From the NCBI RefSeq assembly GCF_009914755.1, contig NC_060947.1: 64,000 nucleotides of DNA; one strand, 5' to 3'. Both the position numbers and the translations under genes were made by a program. Below are positions 37,801-52,800 of this stretch, in pieces. Every line of letters begins with the position of its first letter. Positions within the stretch are counted from its first letter, which is position 1. Under the pieces are notes generated by a model. The model was not told the origin of the DNA, ran no database searches, and saw only the letters and a list, made by a program, of their open reading frames with translations. Origin of the DNA: the human T2T-CHM13v2.0 reference genome, Homo sapiens.

Positions 37801-40800
37801 AGCTCTGTGAGTGAAACTCCATCATCACAAAGAATATTCTGAGAATGCTTCCGTTTGCCTTTTATATGAAGTTCCTTCCTGTACTACTGTAGGCCTCAAA
37901 GCAGTCCAAATCTCCATTTGCAGATCCTACAAAAAGAGTGATTCCAATCTGCTCTATCAATAGGATTGTTCAACTCCATGAGTTGAATGCCATCCTCACA
38001 AAGTAGTCTCTGAGAATGCTTCTATCTAGTTTTTATGTGAAGATATTCCTTTTCCACCACAGGCGTCAAAGCCCTCCAAACGTCCACTTGCAGATTCTCG
38101 AAAAAGAGTGTTTCATAGCCGCTCTTTCAAAAGGAAAGTTCAACTCTGGGAGTTGAATACAAACATCACAAAGTAGTTTCCGAGAATGCTTCTGTTTAGT
38201 TCTTATGTGAAGATGATCCCGTTTCCAGTGAAATCTTCAAAGAGGTCCACATATCCCCTTGCAGATTCCAAAGAAAGAGGGTTTCAAAACTGCTCCATCA
38301 AAAGGATTGTTCAACTCTGTGAGTTGAATGCAGTCATCGCAGAAAACTTTCTGAGAATGCTTCTGTCTAGGTTTGAGGTGAAGATATAGACGTTTCAAAC
38401 GAAGGCTACAAAGTGGTCAAAATATACACTTGCAGATTCTACTACAAGGGTGTTGCAAACCTGAACTATCAAAGGAAGGTTCAACTCTGTGAGTTGAATA
38501 CAAACATCACAAAGAATGTTCTGAGTTTGCTTCCATTCAGTTATGGGAAGTTGATCCCGTTTCCAACGAAATCCTCAGAGAGGTCCAAATATCCCCTTGC
38601 AGATTCTACAAAACGTGTGTTTGGAAACTGCTCCATCATAACGAATGTTCAGCTCTCTGAGTTAAACTCCATCGTCACAAAGAATTTTCTGAGAGTGCTA
38701 CCGTCTGGTTTTTATATGAAGTTCTTTCCTTTACTACCACAGGCCTCAAAGCGGTCCAAATCTCCACTTGCAGATTCTACAAAAAGAGTGTTTGCAAACT
38801 GCTCTATCAAAAGGAATGTTCAACTCTGGGAGTTGAATGCAATCATCACAGAGCAGTTTCTGAGAATGCTTCTATGTCGTTTTTAGGAGAAGATATTTCC
38901 TTTTCCAACACAGTCCTCCAAGTCCGCTAAATATCCACTTGCACATTGTAGAAAAAGTGTGTCGAAGCTGCGCTATCAAAGGGAAAGTTCAACTCTGTGA
39001 GGTGAATGCAAACATCCCAAAGAAGTTTCTGAGAATGCTTCCGTTTAGCTTTTAGGTGAAGATTATCCCGTTTCCAACGAAATCTTCAAAGAGGTCCAAA
39101 TATCCCCTTGCGGATCCCACAGAAAGAGTGTTTCGAAACTGCTGTTTCAGAAGGAATCTTCAACTCTGTGAGTTGAATGCAATCATCACAAAGAAGTTTC
39201 TGACAATGCTTCTCTCTCGTCTTTCTGTGAAGATAAAGGAAAAGGCTTTCAGGCCTTTTCCACCACAGGCCTGAAAGCGCTCCAAATGTCCACTTGCAGA
39301 TTCTGCCAAAAGAATATTTCAAAACTGCTCTATGAAAAGCAATGTTAAACTCTGCGGCTCGAACACAAACATCACAAAGCAGTTTCTGAGAATGCTTCAG
39401 TTTAGTTTTTCTGTGGAAATATTCCCGTTTCCAAAGAAATCTTCAAAGAGGTCCACGTACCCGCTTACAGATTCTACAAAAAGACAGTTTCAAAACTGCT
39501 CAATCAAAAGGAGGGTTCAACCGTGTGACTTGAATGCAATCATCACGCAGAAGTTTCTGAGAATGCTTCTCTTTAGTTTTTACGTGAACATATACCCGTT
39601 TCGAACGAAGGCCACCCAGTGGTCCAAATATCCACTTGCAGATTCTACAGAAAGAGTGTTTCGAACCTGAACTCTCAAAGGCAGGTTCATCTCTGCGAGT
39701 TCAATGCATTCATCATGAAGAACTTTCTCAGAGTGTTTGTGTTTAGGTATGGGAAATTATTCCCGTTTCCAACGAAATCCTCAGAGAGGTCCAAATATCC
39801 ACCTGCAGATTCTACCAAAAGTGTATTTGGAAACTGCTCCATCAAAAGGCATGTTCAGCTCTGTGAGTCAAACTCCATCATCACAAAGAATATTCTGAGA
39901 ATGCTTCCGTTTGCCTTTTATATGAAGTTCCTTCCTATACTACCGTAGGCCTCAAAGCAGTCCAAATCTCCATTTGCAGATTCTACCAAAAGAGTGATTC
40001 CAATCTGCACTATCAATAGGATTGTTCAACTCCATGAGTTGAATGCCATCCTCACAAAGTAGTTTCTGAGAATGCTTCTATCTAGTTTTTATGTGAAGAT
40101 ATTTCCTTTTCCACCACAGGCCTCAAGGCCCTCCAAACGTCCACTTGCAGATTCTCGAAAAAGAGTGTTTCATAGCCGCTGTTTCAAAAGGAAAGTTCAA
40201 CTCTGGGAGTTGAATACAAACATCACAAAGTAGTTTCCGAGAATGCTTCTGTTTAGTTCTTATGTGAAGATGATCCCGTTTCCAGTGAAATCTTCAAAGA
40301 GGTCCACATATCCCCTTGCAGATTCCAAAGAAAGAGGGTTTCAAAACTGCTCCATCAAAAGGATTGTTCAACTCTGTGAGTTGAATGCAGTCATCGCAGA
40401 AAACTTTCTGAGAATGCTTCTGTCTAGGTTTGAGGTGAAGATATAGACGTTTCAAACGAAGGCTACAAAGTGGTCAAAATATACACTTGCAGATTCTACT
40501 ACAAGGGTGTTGCAAACCTGAACTATCAAAGGAAGGTTCAACTCTGTGAGTTGAATACAAACATCACAAAGAATGTTCTGAGTTTGCTTCCGTTCAGTTA
40601 TGGGAAGTTGATCCCGTTTCCAACGAAATCCTCAGAGAGGTCCAAATATCCCCTTGCAGATTCTACAAAACGTGTGTTTGGAAACTGCTCCATCATAACG
40701 AATGTTCAGCTCTCTGAGTTAAACTCCATCGTCACAAAGAATTTTCTGAGAGTGCTACCGTCTGGTTTTTATATGAAGTTCTTCCCTTTACTACCACAGG

Positions 40801-43800
40801 CCTCAAAGCGGTCCAAATCTCCACTTGCAGATTCTACAAAAAGAGTGTTTGCAAACTGCTCTATCAAAAGGAATGTTCAACTCTGGGAGTTGAATGCAAT
40901 CATCACAGAGCAGTTTCTGAGAATGCTTCTATGTCGTTTTTAGGAGAAGATATTTCCTTTTCCAACACAGTCCTCCAAGCCCGCTAAATATCCACTTGCA
41001 CATTGTAGAAAAAGTGTGTCGAAGCTGCGCTATCAAAGGGAAAGTTCAACTCTGTGAGGTGAATGCAAACATCCCAAAGAAGTTTCTGAGAATGCTTCCG
41101 TTTAGCTTTTAGGTGAAGATTATCCCGTTTCCAACGAAATCTTCAAAGAGGTCCAAATATCCCCTTGCGGATCCCACAGAAAGAGTGTTTCGAAACTGCT
41201 GTTTCAGAAGGAATCTTCAACTCTGTGAGTTGAATGCAATCATCACAAAGAAGTTTCTGACAATGCTTCTCTCTCGTCTTTCTGTGAAGATAAAGGAAAA
41301 GGCTTTCAGGCCTTTTCCACCACAGGCCTGAAAGCGCTCCAAATGTCCACTTGCAGATTCTGCCAAAAGAATATTTCAAAACTGCTCTATGAAAAGCAAT
41401 GTTAAACTCTGCGGCTCGAACACAAACATCACAAAGCAGTTTCTGAGAATGCTTCAGTTTAGTTTTTCTGTGGAAATATTCCCGTTTCCAAAGAAATCTT
41501 CAAAGAGGTCCACGTACCCGCTTACAGATTCTACAAAAAGACAGTTTCAAAACTGCTCAATCAAAAGGAGGGTTCAACCGTGTGACTTGAATGCAATCAT
41601 CACGCAGAAGTTTCTGAGAATGCTTCTCTTTAGTTTTTACGTGAACATATACCCGTTTCGAACGAAGGCCACCCAGTGGTCCAAATATCCACTTGCAGAT
41701 TCTACAGAAAGAGTGTTTCGAACCTGAACTCTCAAAGGCAGGTTCATCTCTGCGAGTTCAATGCATTCATCATGAAGAACTTTCTCAGAGTGTTTGTGTT
41801 TAGGTATGGGAAATTATTCCCGTTTCCAACGAAATCCTCAGAGAGGTCCAAATATCCACCTGCAGATTCTACCAAAAGTGTATTTGGAAACTGCTCCATC
41901 AAAAGGCATGTTCAGCTCTGTGAGTCAAACTCCATCATCACAAAGAATATTCTGAGAATGCTTCCGTTTGCCTTTTATATGAAGTTCCTTCCTATACTAC
42001 CGTAGGCCTCAAAGCAGTCCAAATCTCCATTTGCAGATTCTACCAAAAGAGTGATTCCAATCTGCTCTATCAATAGGATTGTTCAACTCCATGAGTTGAA
42101 TGCCATCCTCACAAAGTCGTTTCTGAGAATGCTTCTATCTAGTTTTTATGTGAAGATATTTCCTTTTCCACCACAGGCCTCAAGGCCCTCAAAACGTCCA
42201 CTTGCAGATTCTCGAAAAAGAGTGTTTCATAGCCGCTCTTTCAAAAGGAAAGTTCAACTCTGGGAGTTGAATACAAACATCACAAAGTAGTTTCCGAGAA
42301 TGCTTCTGTTTAGTTCTTATGTGAAGATGATCCCGTTTCCAGTGAAATCTTCAAAGAGGTCCACATATCCCCTTGCAGATTCCAAAGAAAGAGGGTTTCA
42401 AGACTGCTCCATCAAAAGGATTGTTCAACTCTGTGAGTTGAATGCAGTCATCGCAGAAAACTTTCTGAGAATGCTTCTGTCTAGGTTTGAGGTGAAGATA
42501 TAGACGTTTCAAACGAAGGCTACAAAGTGGTCAAAATATACACTTGCAGATTCTACTACAAGGGTGTTGCAAACCTGAACTATCAAAGGAAGGTTCAACT
42601 CTGTGAGTTGAATACAAACATCACAAAGAATGTTCTGAGTTTGCTTCCGTTCAGTTATGGGAAGTTGATCCCGTTTCCAACGAAATCCTCAGAGAGGACC
42701 AAATATCCCCTTGCAGATTCTACAAAACGTGTGTTTGGAAACTGCTCCATCATAACGAATGTTCAGCTCTCTGAGTTAAACTCCATCGTCACAAAGAATT
42801 TTCTGAGAGTGCTACCGTCTGGTTTTTATATGAAGTTCTTCCCTTTACTACCACAGGCCTCAAAGCGGTCCAAATCTCCACTTGCAGATTCTACAAAAAG
42901 AGTGTTTGCAAACTGCTCTATCAAAAGGAATGTTCAACTCTGGGAGTTGAATGCAATCATCACAGAGCAGTTTCTGAGAATGCTTCTATGTCGTTTTTAG
43001 GAGAAGATATTTCCTTTTCCAACACAGTCCTCCAAGTCCGCTAAATATCCACTTGCACATTGTAGAAAAAGTGTGTCGAAGCTGCGCTATCAAAGGGAAA
43101 GTTCAACTCTGTGAGGTGAATGCAAACATCCCAAAGAAGTTTCTGAGAATGCTTCCGTTTAGCTTTTAGGTGAAGATTATCCCGTTTCCAACGAAATCTT
43201 CAAAGAGGTCCAAATATCCCCTTGCGGATCCCACAGAAAGAGTGTTTCGAAACTGCTGTTTCAGAAGGAATCTTCAACTCTGTGAGTTGAATGCAATCAT
43301 CACAAAGAAGTTTCTGACAATGCTTCTCTCTCGTCTTTCTGTGAAGATAAAGGAAAAGGCTTTCAGGCCTTTTCCACCACAGGCCTGAAAGCGCTCCAAA
43401 TGTCCACTTGCAGATTCTGCCAAAAGAATATTTCAAAACTGCTCTATGAAAAGCAATGTTAAACTCTGCGGCTCGAACACAAACATCACAAAGCAGTTTC
43501 TGAGAATGCTTCAGTTTAGTTTTTCTGTGGAAATATTCCCGTTTCCAAAGAAATCTTCAAAGAGGTCCACGTACCCGCTTACAGATTCTACAAAAAGACA
43601 GTTTCAAAACTGCTCAATCAAAAGGAGGGTTCAACCGTGTGACTTGAATGCAATCATCACGCAGAAGTTTCTGAGAATGCTTCTCTTTAGTTTTTACGTG
43701 AACATATACCCGTTTCGAACGAAGGCCACCCAGTGGTCCAAATATCCACTTGCAGATTCTACATAAAGAGTGTTTCGAACCTGAACTCTCAAAGGCAGGT

Positions 43801-46800
43801 TCATCTCTGCGAGTTCAATGCATTCATCATGAAGAACTTTCTCAGAGTGTTTGTGTTTAGGTATGGGAAATTATTCCCGTTTCCAAAGAAATCCTCAGAG
43901 AGGTCCAAATATCCACCTGCAGATTCTACCAAAAGTGTATTTGGAAACTGCTCCATCAAAAGGCATGTTCAGCTCTGTGAGTGAAACTCCATCATCACAA
44001 AGAATATTCTGAGAATGCTTCCGTTTGCCTTTTATATGAAGTTCCTTCCTGTACTACCGTAGGCCTCAAAGCAGTACAAATCTCCATTTGCAGATCCTAC
44101 AAAAAGAGTGATTCCAATCTGCTCTATCAATAGGATTGTTCAACTCCATGAGTTGAATGCCATCCTCACAAAGTAGTCTCTGAGAATGCTTCTATCTAGT
44201 TTTTATGTGAAGATATTTCCTTTTCCACCACAGGCCTCAAAGCCCTCCAAACGTCCACTTGCAGATTCTCGAAAAAGAGTGTTTCATAGCTGCTCTTTCA
44301 AAAGGAAAGTTCAACTCTGGGAGTTGAATACAAACATCACAAAGTAGTTTCCGAGAATGCTTCTGTTTAGTTCTTATGTGAAGATGATCCCGTTTCCAGT
44401 GAAATCTTCAAAGAGGTCCACATATCCCCTTGCAGATTCCAAAGAAAGAGGGTTTCAAAACTGCTCCATCAAAAGGATTGTTCAACTCTGTGAGTTGAAT
44501 GCAGTCATCGCAGAAAACTTTCTGAGAATGCTTCTGTCTAGGTTTGAGGTGAAGATATAGACGTTTCAAACGAAGGCTACAAAGTGGTCAAAATATACAC
44601 TTGCAGATTCTACTACAAGGGTGTTGCAAACCTGAACTATCAAAGGAAGGTTCAACTCTGTGAGTTGAATACAAACATCACAAAGAATGTTCTGAGTTTG
44701 CTTCCGTTCAGTTATGGGAAGTTGATCCCGTTTCCAACGAAATCCTCAGAGAGGTCGAAATATCCCCTTGCAGATTCTACAAAACGTGTGTTTGGAAACT
44801 GCTCCATCATAACGAATGTTCAGCTCTCTGAGTTAAACTCCATCGTCACAAAGAATTTTCTGAGAGTGCTACCGTCTGGTTTTTATATGAAGTTCTTTCC
44901 TTTACTACCACAGGCCTCAAAGCGGTCCAAATCTCCACTTGCAGATTCTACAAAAAGAGTGTTTGCAAACTGCTCTATCAAAAGGAATGTTCAACTCTGG
45001 GAGTTGAATGCAATCATCACAGAGCAGTTTCTGAGAATGCTTCTATGTCGTTTTTAGGAGAAGATATTTCCTTTTCCAACACAGTCCTCCAAGCCCGCTA
45101 AATATCCACTTGCACATTGTAGAAAAAGTGTGTCGAAGCTGCGCTATCAAAGGGAAAGTTCAACTCTGTGAGGTGAATGCAAACATCCCAAAGAAGTTTC
45201 TGAGAATGCTTCCGTTTAGCTTTTAGGTGAAGATTATCCCGTTTCCAACGAAATCTTCAAAGAGGTCCAAATATCCCCTTGCGGATCCCACAGAAAGAGT
45301 GTTTCGAAACTGCTGTTTCAAAAGGAATCTTCAACTCTGTGGGTTGAATGCAATCATCACAAAGAAGTTTCTGACAATGCTTCTCTCTCGTCTTTCTGTG
45401 AAGATAAAGGAAAAGGCTTTCAGGCCTTTTCCACCACAGGCCTGAAAGCGCTCCAAATGTCCACTTGCAGATTCTGCCAAAAGAATATTTCAAAACTGCT
45501 CTATGAAAAGCAATGTTAAACTCTGCGGCTCGAACGCAAACATCACAAAGCAGTTTCTGAGAATGCTTCAGTTTAGTTTTTCTGTGGAAATATTCCCGTT
45601 TCGAAAGAAATCTTCAAAGAGGTCCACGTATCCACTTACAGATTCTACAAAAAGACAGTTTCAAAACTGCTCAATCAAAAGGAGGGTTCAACCGTGTGAC
45701 TTGAATGCAATCATCACTCAGAAGTTTCTGAGAATGCTTCTCTTTAGTTTTTACGTGAACATATACCCGTTTCGAACGAAGGCCACCCAGAGGTCCAAAT
45801 ATCCACTTGCAGATTCTACAGAAAGAGTGTTTCGAACCTGAACTCTCAAAGGCAGGTTCATCTCTGCGAGTTCAATGCATTCATCATGAAGAACTTTCTC
45901 AGAGTGTTTGTGTTTAGGTATGGGAAATTATTGCCGTTTCCAACGAAATCCTCAGAGAGGTCCAAATATCCACCTGCAGATTCTACCAAAAGTGTATTTG
46001 GAAACTGCTCCATCAAAAGGCATGTTCAGCTCTGTGAGTGAAACTCCATCATCACAAAGAATATTCTGAGAATGCTTCCGTTTGCCTTTTATATGAAGTT
46101 CCTTCCTATACTACCGTAGGCCTCAAAGCAGTCCAAATCTCCATTTGCAGATCCTACAAAAAGAGTGATTCCAATCTGCTCTATCAATAGGATTGTTCAA
46201 CTCCATGAGTTGAATGCCATCCTCACAAAGTAGTCTCTGAGAATGCTTCTATCTAGTTTTTATGTGAAGATATTTCCTTTTCCACCACAGGCCTCAAAGC
46301 CCTCCAAACGTCCACTTGCAGATTCTCGAAAAAGAGTGTTTCATAGCTGCTCTTTCAAAAGGAAAGTTCAACTCTGGGAGTTGAATACAAACATCACAAA
46401 GTAGTTTCCGAGAATGCTTCTGTTTAGTTCTTATGTGAAGATGATCCCGTTTCCAGTGAAATCTTCAAAGAGGTCCACATATCCCCTTGCAGATTCCAAA
46501 GAAAGAGGGTTTCAAAACTGCTCCATCAAAAGGATTGTTCAACTCTGTGAGTTGAATGCAGTCATCGCAGAAAACTTTCTGAGAATGCTTCTGTCTAGGT
46601 TTGAGGTGAAGATATAGACGTTTCAAACGAAGGCTACAAAGTGGTCAAAATATACACTTGCAGATTCTACTACAAGGGTGTTGCACACCTCAACTATCAA
46701 AGGAAGGTTCAACTCTGTGAGTTGAATACAAACATCACAAAGAATGTTCTGAGTTTGCTTCCGTTCAGTTATGGGAAGTTGATCCCGTTTCCAACGAAAT

Positions 46801-49800
46801 CCTCAGAGAGGTCCAAATATCCCCTTGCAGATTCTACAAAACGTGTGTTTGGAAACTGCTCCATCATAACGAATGTTCAGCTCTCTGAGTTAAACTCCAT
46901 CGTCACAAAGAATTTTCTGAGAGTGCTACCGTCTGGTTTTTATATGAAGTTCTTTCCTTTACTACCACAGGCCTCAAAGCGGTCCAAATCTCCACTTGCA
47001 GATTCTACAAAAAGAGTGTTTGCAAACTGCTCTATCAAAAGGAATGTTCAACTCTGGGAGTTGAATGCAATCATCACAGAGCAGTTTCTGAGAATGCTTC
47101 TATGTCGTTTTTAGGAGAAGATATTTCCTTTTCCAACACAGTCCTCCAAGCCCGCTAAATATCCACTTGCACATTGTAGACAAAGTGTGTCGAAGCTGCG
47201 CTATCAAAGGGAAAGTTCAACTCTGTGAGGTGAATGCAAACATCCCAAAGAAGTTTCTGAGAATGCTTCCGTTTAGCTTTTAGGTGAAGATTATCCCGTT
47301 TCCAACGAAATCTTCAAAGAGGTCCAAATATCCCCTTGCGGATCCCACAGAAAGAGTGTTTCGAAACTGCTGTTTCAAAAGGAATCTTCAACTCTGTGGG
47401 TTGAATGCAATCATCACAAAGAAGTTTCTGACAATACTTCTCTCTCGTCTTTCTGTGAAGATAAAGGAAAAGGCTTTCAGGCCTTTTCCACCACAGGCCT
47501 GAAAGCGCTCCAAATGTCCACTTGCAGATTCTGCCAAAAGAATATTTCAAAACTGCTCTATGAAAAGCAATGTTAAACTCTGCGGCTCGAACACAAACAT
47601 CACAAAGCAGTTTCTGAGAATGCTTCAGTTTAGTTTTTCTGTGGAAATATTCCCGTTTCCAAAGAAATCTTCAAAGAGGTCCACGTGTCCACTTACAGAT
47701 TCTACAAAAAGACAGTTTCAAAACTGCTCAATCAAAAGGAGGGTTCAACCGTGTGACTTGAATGCAATCATCACTCAGAAGTTTCTGAGAATGCTTCTCT
47801 TTAGTTTTTACGTGAACATATACCCGTTTCGAACGAAGGCCACCCAGTGGTCCAAATATCCACTTGCAGATTCTACAGAAAGAGTGTTTCGAACCTGAAC
47901 TCTCAAAGGCAGGTTCATCTCTGCGAGTTAAATGCATTCATCATGAAGAACTTTCTCAGAGTGTTTGTGTTTAGGTATGGGAAATTATTCCCGTTTCCAA
48001 TGAAATCTTCAGAGAGGTCCAAATATCCACCTGCAGATTCTACCAAAAGTGTATTTGGAAACTGCTCCATCAAAAGGCATGTTCAGCTCTGTGAGTGAAA
48101 CTCCATCATCACAAAGAATATTCTGAGAATGCTTCCGTTTGCCTTTTATATGAAGTTCCTTCCTATAGTACCGTAGGCCTCAAAGCAGTCCAAATCTCCA
48201 TTTGCAGATTCTACAAAAAGAGTGATTCCAATCTGCTCTATCAATAGGATTGTTCAACTCCATGAGTTGAATGCCATCCTCACAAAGTAGTCTCTGAGAA
48301 TGCTTCTATCTAGTTTTTATCTGAAGATATTTCCTTTTCCACCACAGGCCTCAAAGCCCTCCAAACGTCCACTTGCAGATTCTCGAAAAAGAGTGTTTCA
48401 TAGCCGCTCTTTCAAAAGGAAAGTTCAACTCTGGGAGTTGAATACAAACATCACAAAGTAGTTTCCGAGAATGCTTCTGTTTAGTTCTTATGTGAAGATG
48501 ATCCCGTTTCCAGTGAAATCTTCAAAGAGGTCCACATATCCCCTTGCAGATTCCAAAGAAAGAGGGTGTCAAAACTGCTCCATCAAAAGGATTGTTCAAC
48601 TCTGTGAGTTGAATGCAGTCATCGCAGAAAACTTTCTGAGAATGCTTCTGTCTAGGTTTGAGGTGAAGATATAGACGTTTCAAACGAAGGCTACAAAGTG
48701 GTCAAAATATACACTTGCAGATTCTACTACAAGGGTGTTGCAAACCTGAACTATCAAAGGAAGGTTCAACTCTGTGAGTTGAATACAAACATCACAAAGA
48801 ATGTTCTGAGTTTGCTTCCGTTCAGTTATGGGAAGTTGATCCCGTTTCCAACGAAATCCTCAGAGAGGACCAAATATCCCCTTGCAGATTCTACAAAACG
48901 TGTGTTTGGAAACTGCTCCATCATAACGAATGTTCAGCTCTCTGAGTTAAACTCCATCGTCACAAAGAATTTTCTGAGAGTGCTACCGTCTGGTTTTTAT
49001 ATGAAGTTCTTCCCTTTACTACCACAGGCCTCAAAGCGGTCCAAATCTCCACTTGCAGATTCTACAAAAAGAGTGTTTGCAAACTGCTCTATCAAAAGGA
49101 ATGTTCAACTCTGGGAGTTGAATGCAATCATCACAGAGCAGTTTCTGAGAATGCTTCTATGTCGTTTTTAGGAGAAGATATTTCCTTTTCCAACACAGTC
49201 CTCCAAGCCCGCTAAATATCCACTTGCACATTGTAGAAAAAGTGTGTCGAAGCTGCGCTATCAAAGGGAAAGTTCAACTCTGTGAGGTGAATGCAAACAT
49301 CCCAAAGAAGTTTCTGAGAATGCTTCCGTTTAGCTTTTAGGTGAAGATTATCCCGTTTCCAACGAAATCTTCAAAGAGGTCCAAATATCCCCTTGCGGAT
49401 CCCACAGAAAGAGTGTTTCGAAACTGCTGTTTCAGAAGGAATCTTCAACTCTGTGAGTTGAATGCAATCATCACAAAGAAGTTTCTGACAATGCTTCTCT
49501 CTCGTCTTTCTGTGAAGATAAAGGAAAAGGCTTTCAGGCCTTTTCCACCACAGGCCTGAAAGCGCTCCAAATGTCCACTTGCAGATTCTGCCAAAAGAAT
49601 ATTTCAAAACTGCTCTATGAAAAGCAATGTTAAACTCTGCGGCTCGAACACAAACATCACAAAGCAGTTTCTGAGAATGCTTCAGTTTAGTTTTTCTGTG
49701 GAAATATTCCCGTTTCCAAAGAAATCTTCAAAGAGGTCCACGTACCCGCTTACAGATTCTACAAAAAGACAGTTTCAAAACTGCTCAATCAAAAGGAGGG

Positions 49801-52800
49801 TTCAACCGTGTGACTTGAATGCAATCATCACGCAGAAGTTTCTGAGAATGCTTCTCTTTAGTTTTTACGTGAACATATACCCGTTTCGAATGAAGGCCAC
49901 CCAGTGGTCCAAATATCCACTTGCAGATTCTACAGAAAGAGTGTTTCGAACCTGAACTCTCAAAGGCAGGTTCATCTCTGCGAGTTCAATGCATTCATCA
50001 TGAAGAACTTTCTCAGAGTGTTTGTGTTTAGGTATGGGAAATTATTCCCGTTTCCAACGAAATCCTCAGAGAGGTCCAAATATCCACCTGCAGATTCTAC
50101 CAAAAGTGTATTTGGAAACTGCTCCATCAAAAGGCATGTTCAACTCTGTGAGTCAAACTCCATCATCACAAAGAATATTCTGAGAATGCTTCCGTTTGCC
50201 TTTTATATGAAGTTCCTTCCTATACTACCGTAGGCCTCAAAGCAGTCCAAATCTCCATTTGCAGATTCTACCAAAAGAGTGATTCCAATCTGCTCTATCA
50301 ATAGGATTGTTCAACTCCATGAGTTGAATGCCATCCTCACAAAGTCGTTTCTGAGAATGCTTCTATCTAGTTTTTATGTGAAGATATTTCCTTTTCCACC
50401 ACAGGCCTCAAAGCCCTCCAAACGTCCACTTGCAGATTCTCGAAAAAGAGTGTTTCATAGCTGCTCTTTCAAAAGGAAAGTTCAACTCTGGGAGTTGAAT
50501 ACAAACATCACAAAGTAGTTTCCGAGAATGCTTCTGTTTAGTTCTTATGTGAAGATGATCCCGTTTCCAGTGAAATCTTCAAAGAGGTCCACATATCCCC
50601 TTGCAGATTCCAAAGAAAGAGGGTTTCAAAACTGCTCCATCAAAAGGATTGTTCAAATCTGTGAGTTGAATGCAGTCATCGCAGAAAACTTTCTGAGAAT
50701 GCTTCTGTCTAGGTTTGAGGTGAAGATATAGACGTTTCAAACGAAGGCTACAAAGTGGTCAAAATATACACTTGCAGATTCTACTACAAGGGTGTTGCAA
50801 ACCTGAACTATCAAAGGAAGGTTCAACTCTGTGAGTTGAATACAAACATCACAAAGAATGTTCTGAGTTTGCTTCCGTTCAGTTATGGGAAGTTGATCCC
50901 GTTTCCAACGAAATCCTCAGAGAGGTCCAAATATCCCCTTGCAGATTCTACAAAACGTGTGTTTGGAAACTGCTCCATCATAACGAATGTTCAGCTCTCT
51001 GAGTTAAACTCCATCGTCACAAAGAATTTTCTGAGAGTGCTACCGTCTGGTTTTTATATGAAGTTCTTTCCTTTACTACCACAGGCCTCAAAGCGGTCCA
51101 AATCTCCACTTGCAGATTCTACAAAAAGAGTGTTTGCAAACTGCTCTATCAAAAGGAATGTTCAACTCTGGGAGTTGAATGCAATCATCACAGAGCAGTT
51201 TCTGAGAATGCTTCTATGTCGTTTTTAGGAGAAGATATTTCCTTTTCCAACACAGTCCTCCAAGCCCGCTAAATATCCACTTGCACATTGTAGAAAAAGT
51301 GTGTCGAAGCTGCGCTATCAAAGGGAAAGTTCAACTCTGTGAGGTGAATGCAAACATCCCAAAGAAGTTTCTGAGAATGCTTCCGTTTAGCTTTTAGGTG
51401 AAGATTATCCCGTTTCCAACGAAATCTTCAAAGAGGTCCAAATATCCCCTTGCGGATCCCACAGAAAGAGTGTTTCGAAACTGCTGTTTCAAAAGGAATC
51501 TTCAACTCTGTGAGTTGAATGCAATCATCACAAAGAAGTTTCTGACAATGCTTCTCTCTCGTCTTTCTGTGAAGATAAAGGAAAAGGCTTTCAGGCCTTT
51601 TCCACCACAGACCTGAAAGCGCTCGAAATGTCCACTTGCAGATTCTGCCAAAAGAATACTTCAAAACTGCTCTATGAAAAGCAATGTTAAACTCTGTGGC
51701 TCGAACACAAACATCACAAAGCAGTTTCTGAGAATGCTTCAGTTTAGTTTTTCTGTGGAAATATTCCCGTTTCCAAAGAAATCTTCAAAGAGGTCCACGT
51801 ATCCACTTACAGATTCTACAAAAAGACAGTTTCAAAACTGCTCAATCAAAAGGAGGGTTCAACCGTGTGACTTGAATGCAATCATCACTCAGAAGTTTCT
51901 GAGAATGCTTCTCTTTAGTTTTTACGTGAACATATACCCGTTTCGAACGAAGGCCAGCCAGTGGTCCAAATATCCACTTGCAGATTCTACAGAAAGAGTG
52001 TTTCGAACCTGAACTCTCAAAGGCATGTTCATCTCTGCGAGTTCAATGCATTCATCATGAAGAACTTTCTCAGAGTGTTTGTGTTTAGGTATGGGAAATT
52101 ATTCCCGTTTCCAACGAAATCCTCAGAGAGGTCCAAATATCCACCTGCAGATTCTACCAAAAGTGTATTTGGAAACTGCTCCATCAAAAGGCATGTTCAG
52201 CTCTGTGAGTGAAACTCCATCATCACAAAGAATATTCTGAGAATGCTTCCATTTGCCTTTTATATGAAGTTCCTTCCTATACTACCGTAGGCCTCAAAGC
52301 AGTCCAAATCTCCATTTGCAGATCCTACAAAAAGAGTGATTCCAATCTGCTCTATCAATAGGATTGTTCAACTCCATGAGTTGAATGCCATCCTCACAAA
52401 GTAGTCTCTGAGAATGCTTCTATCTAGTTTTTATGTGAAGATATTTCCTTTTCCACCACAGCCTCAAAGCCCTCCAAACGTCCACTTGCAGATTCTCGAA
52501 AAAGAGTGTTTCATAGCTGCTCTTTCAAAAGGAAAGTTCAACTCTGGGTGTTGAATACAAACATCACAAAGTAGTTTCCGAGAATGCTTCTGTTTAGTTC
52601 TTATGTGAAGATGATCCCGTTTCCAGTGAAATCTTCAAAGAGGTCCACATATCCCCTTGCAGATTCCAAAGAAAGAGGGTTTCAAAACTGCTCCATCAAA
52701 AGGATTGTTCAACTCTGTGAGTTGAATGCAGTCATCGCAGAAAACTTTCTGAGAATGCTTCTGTCTAGGTTTGAGGTGAAGATATAGACGTTTCAAACGA

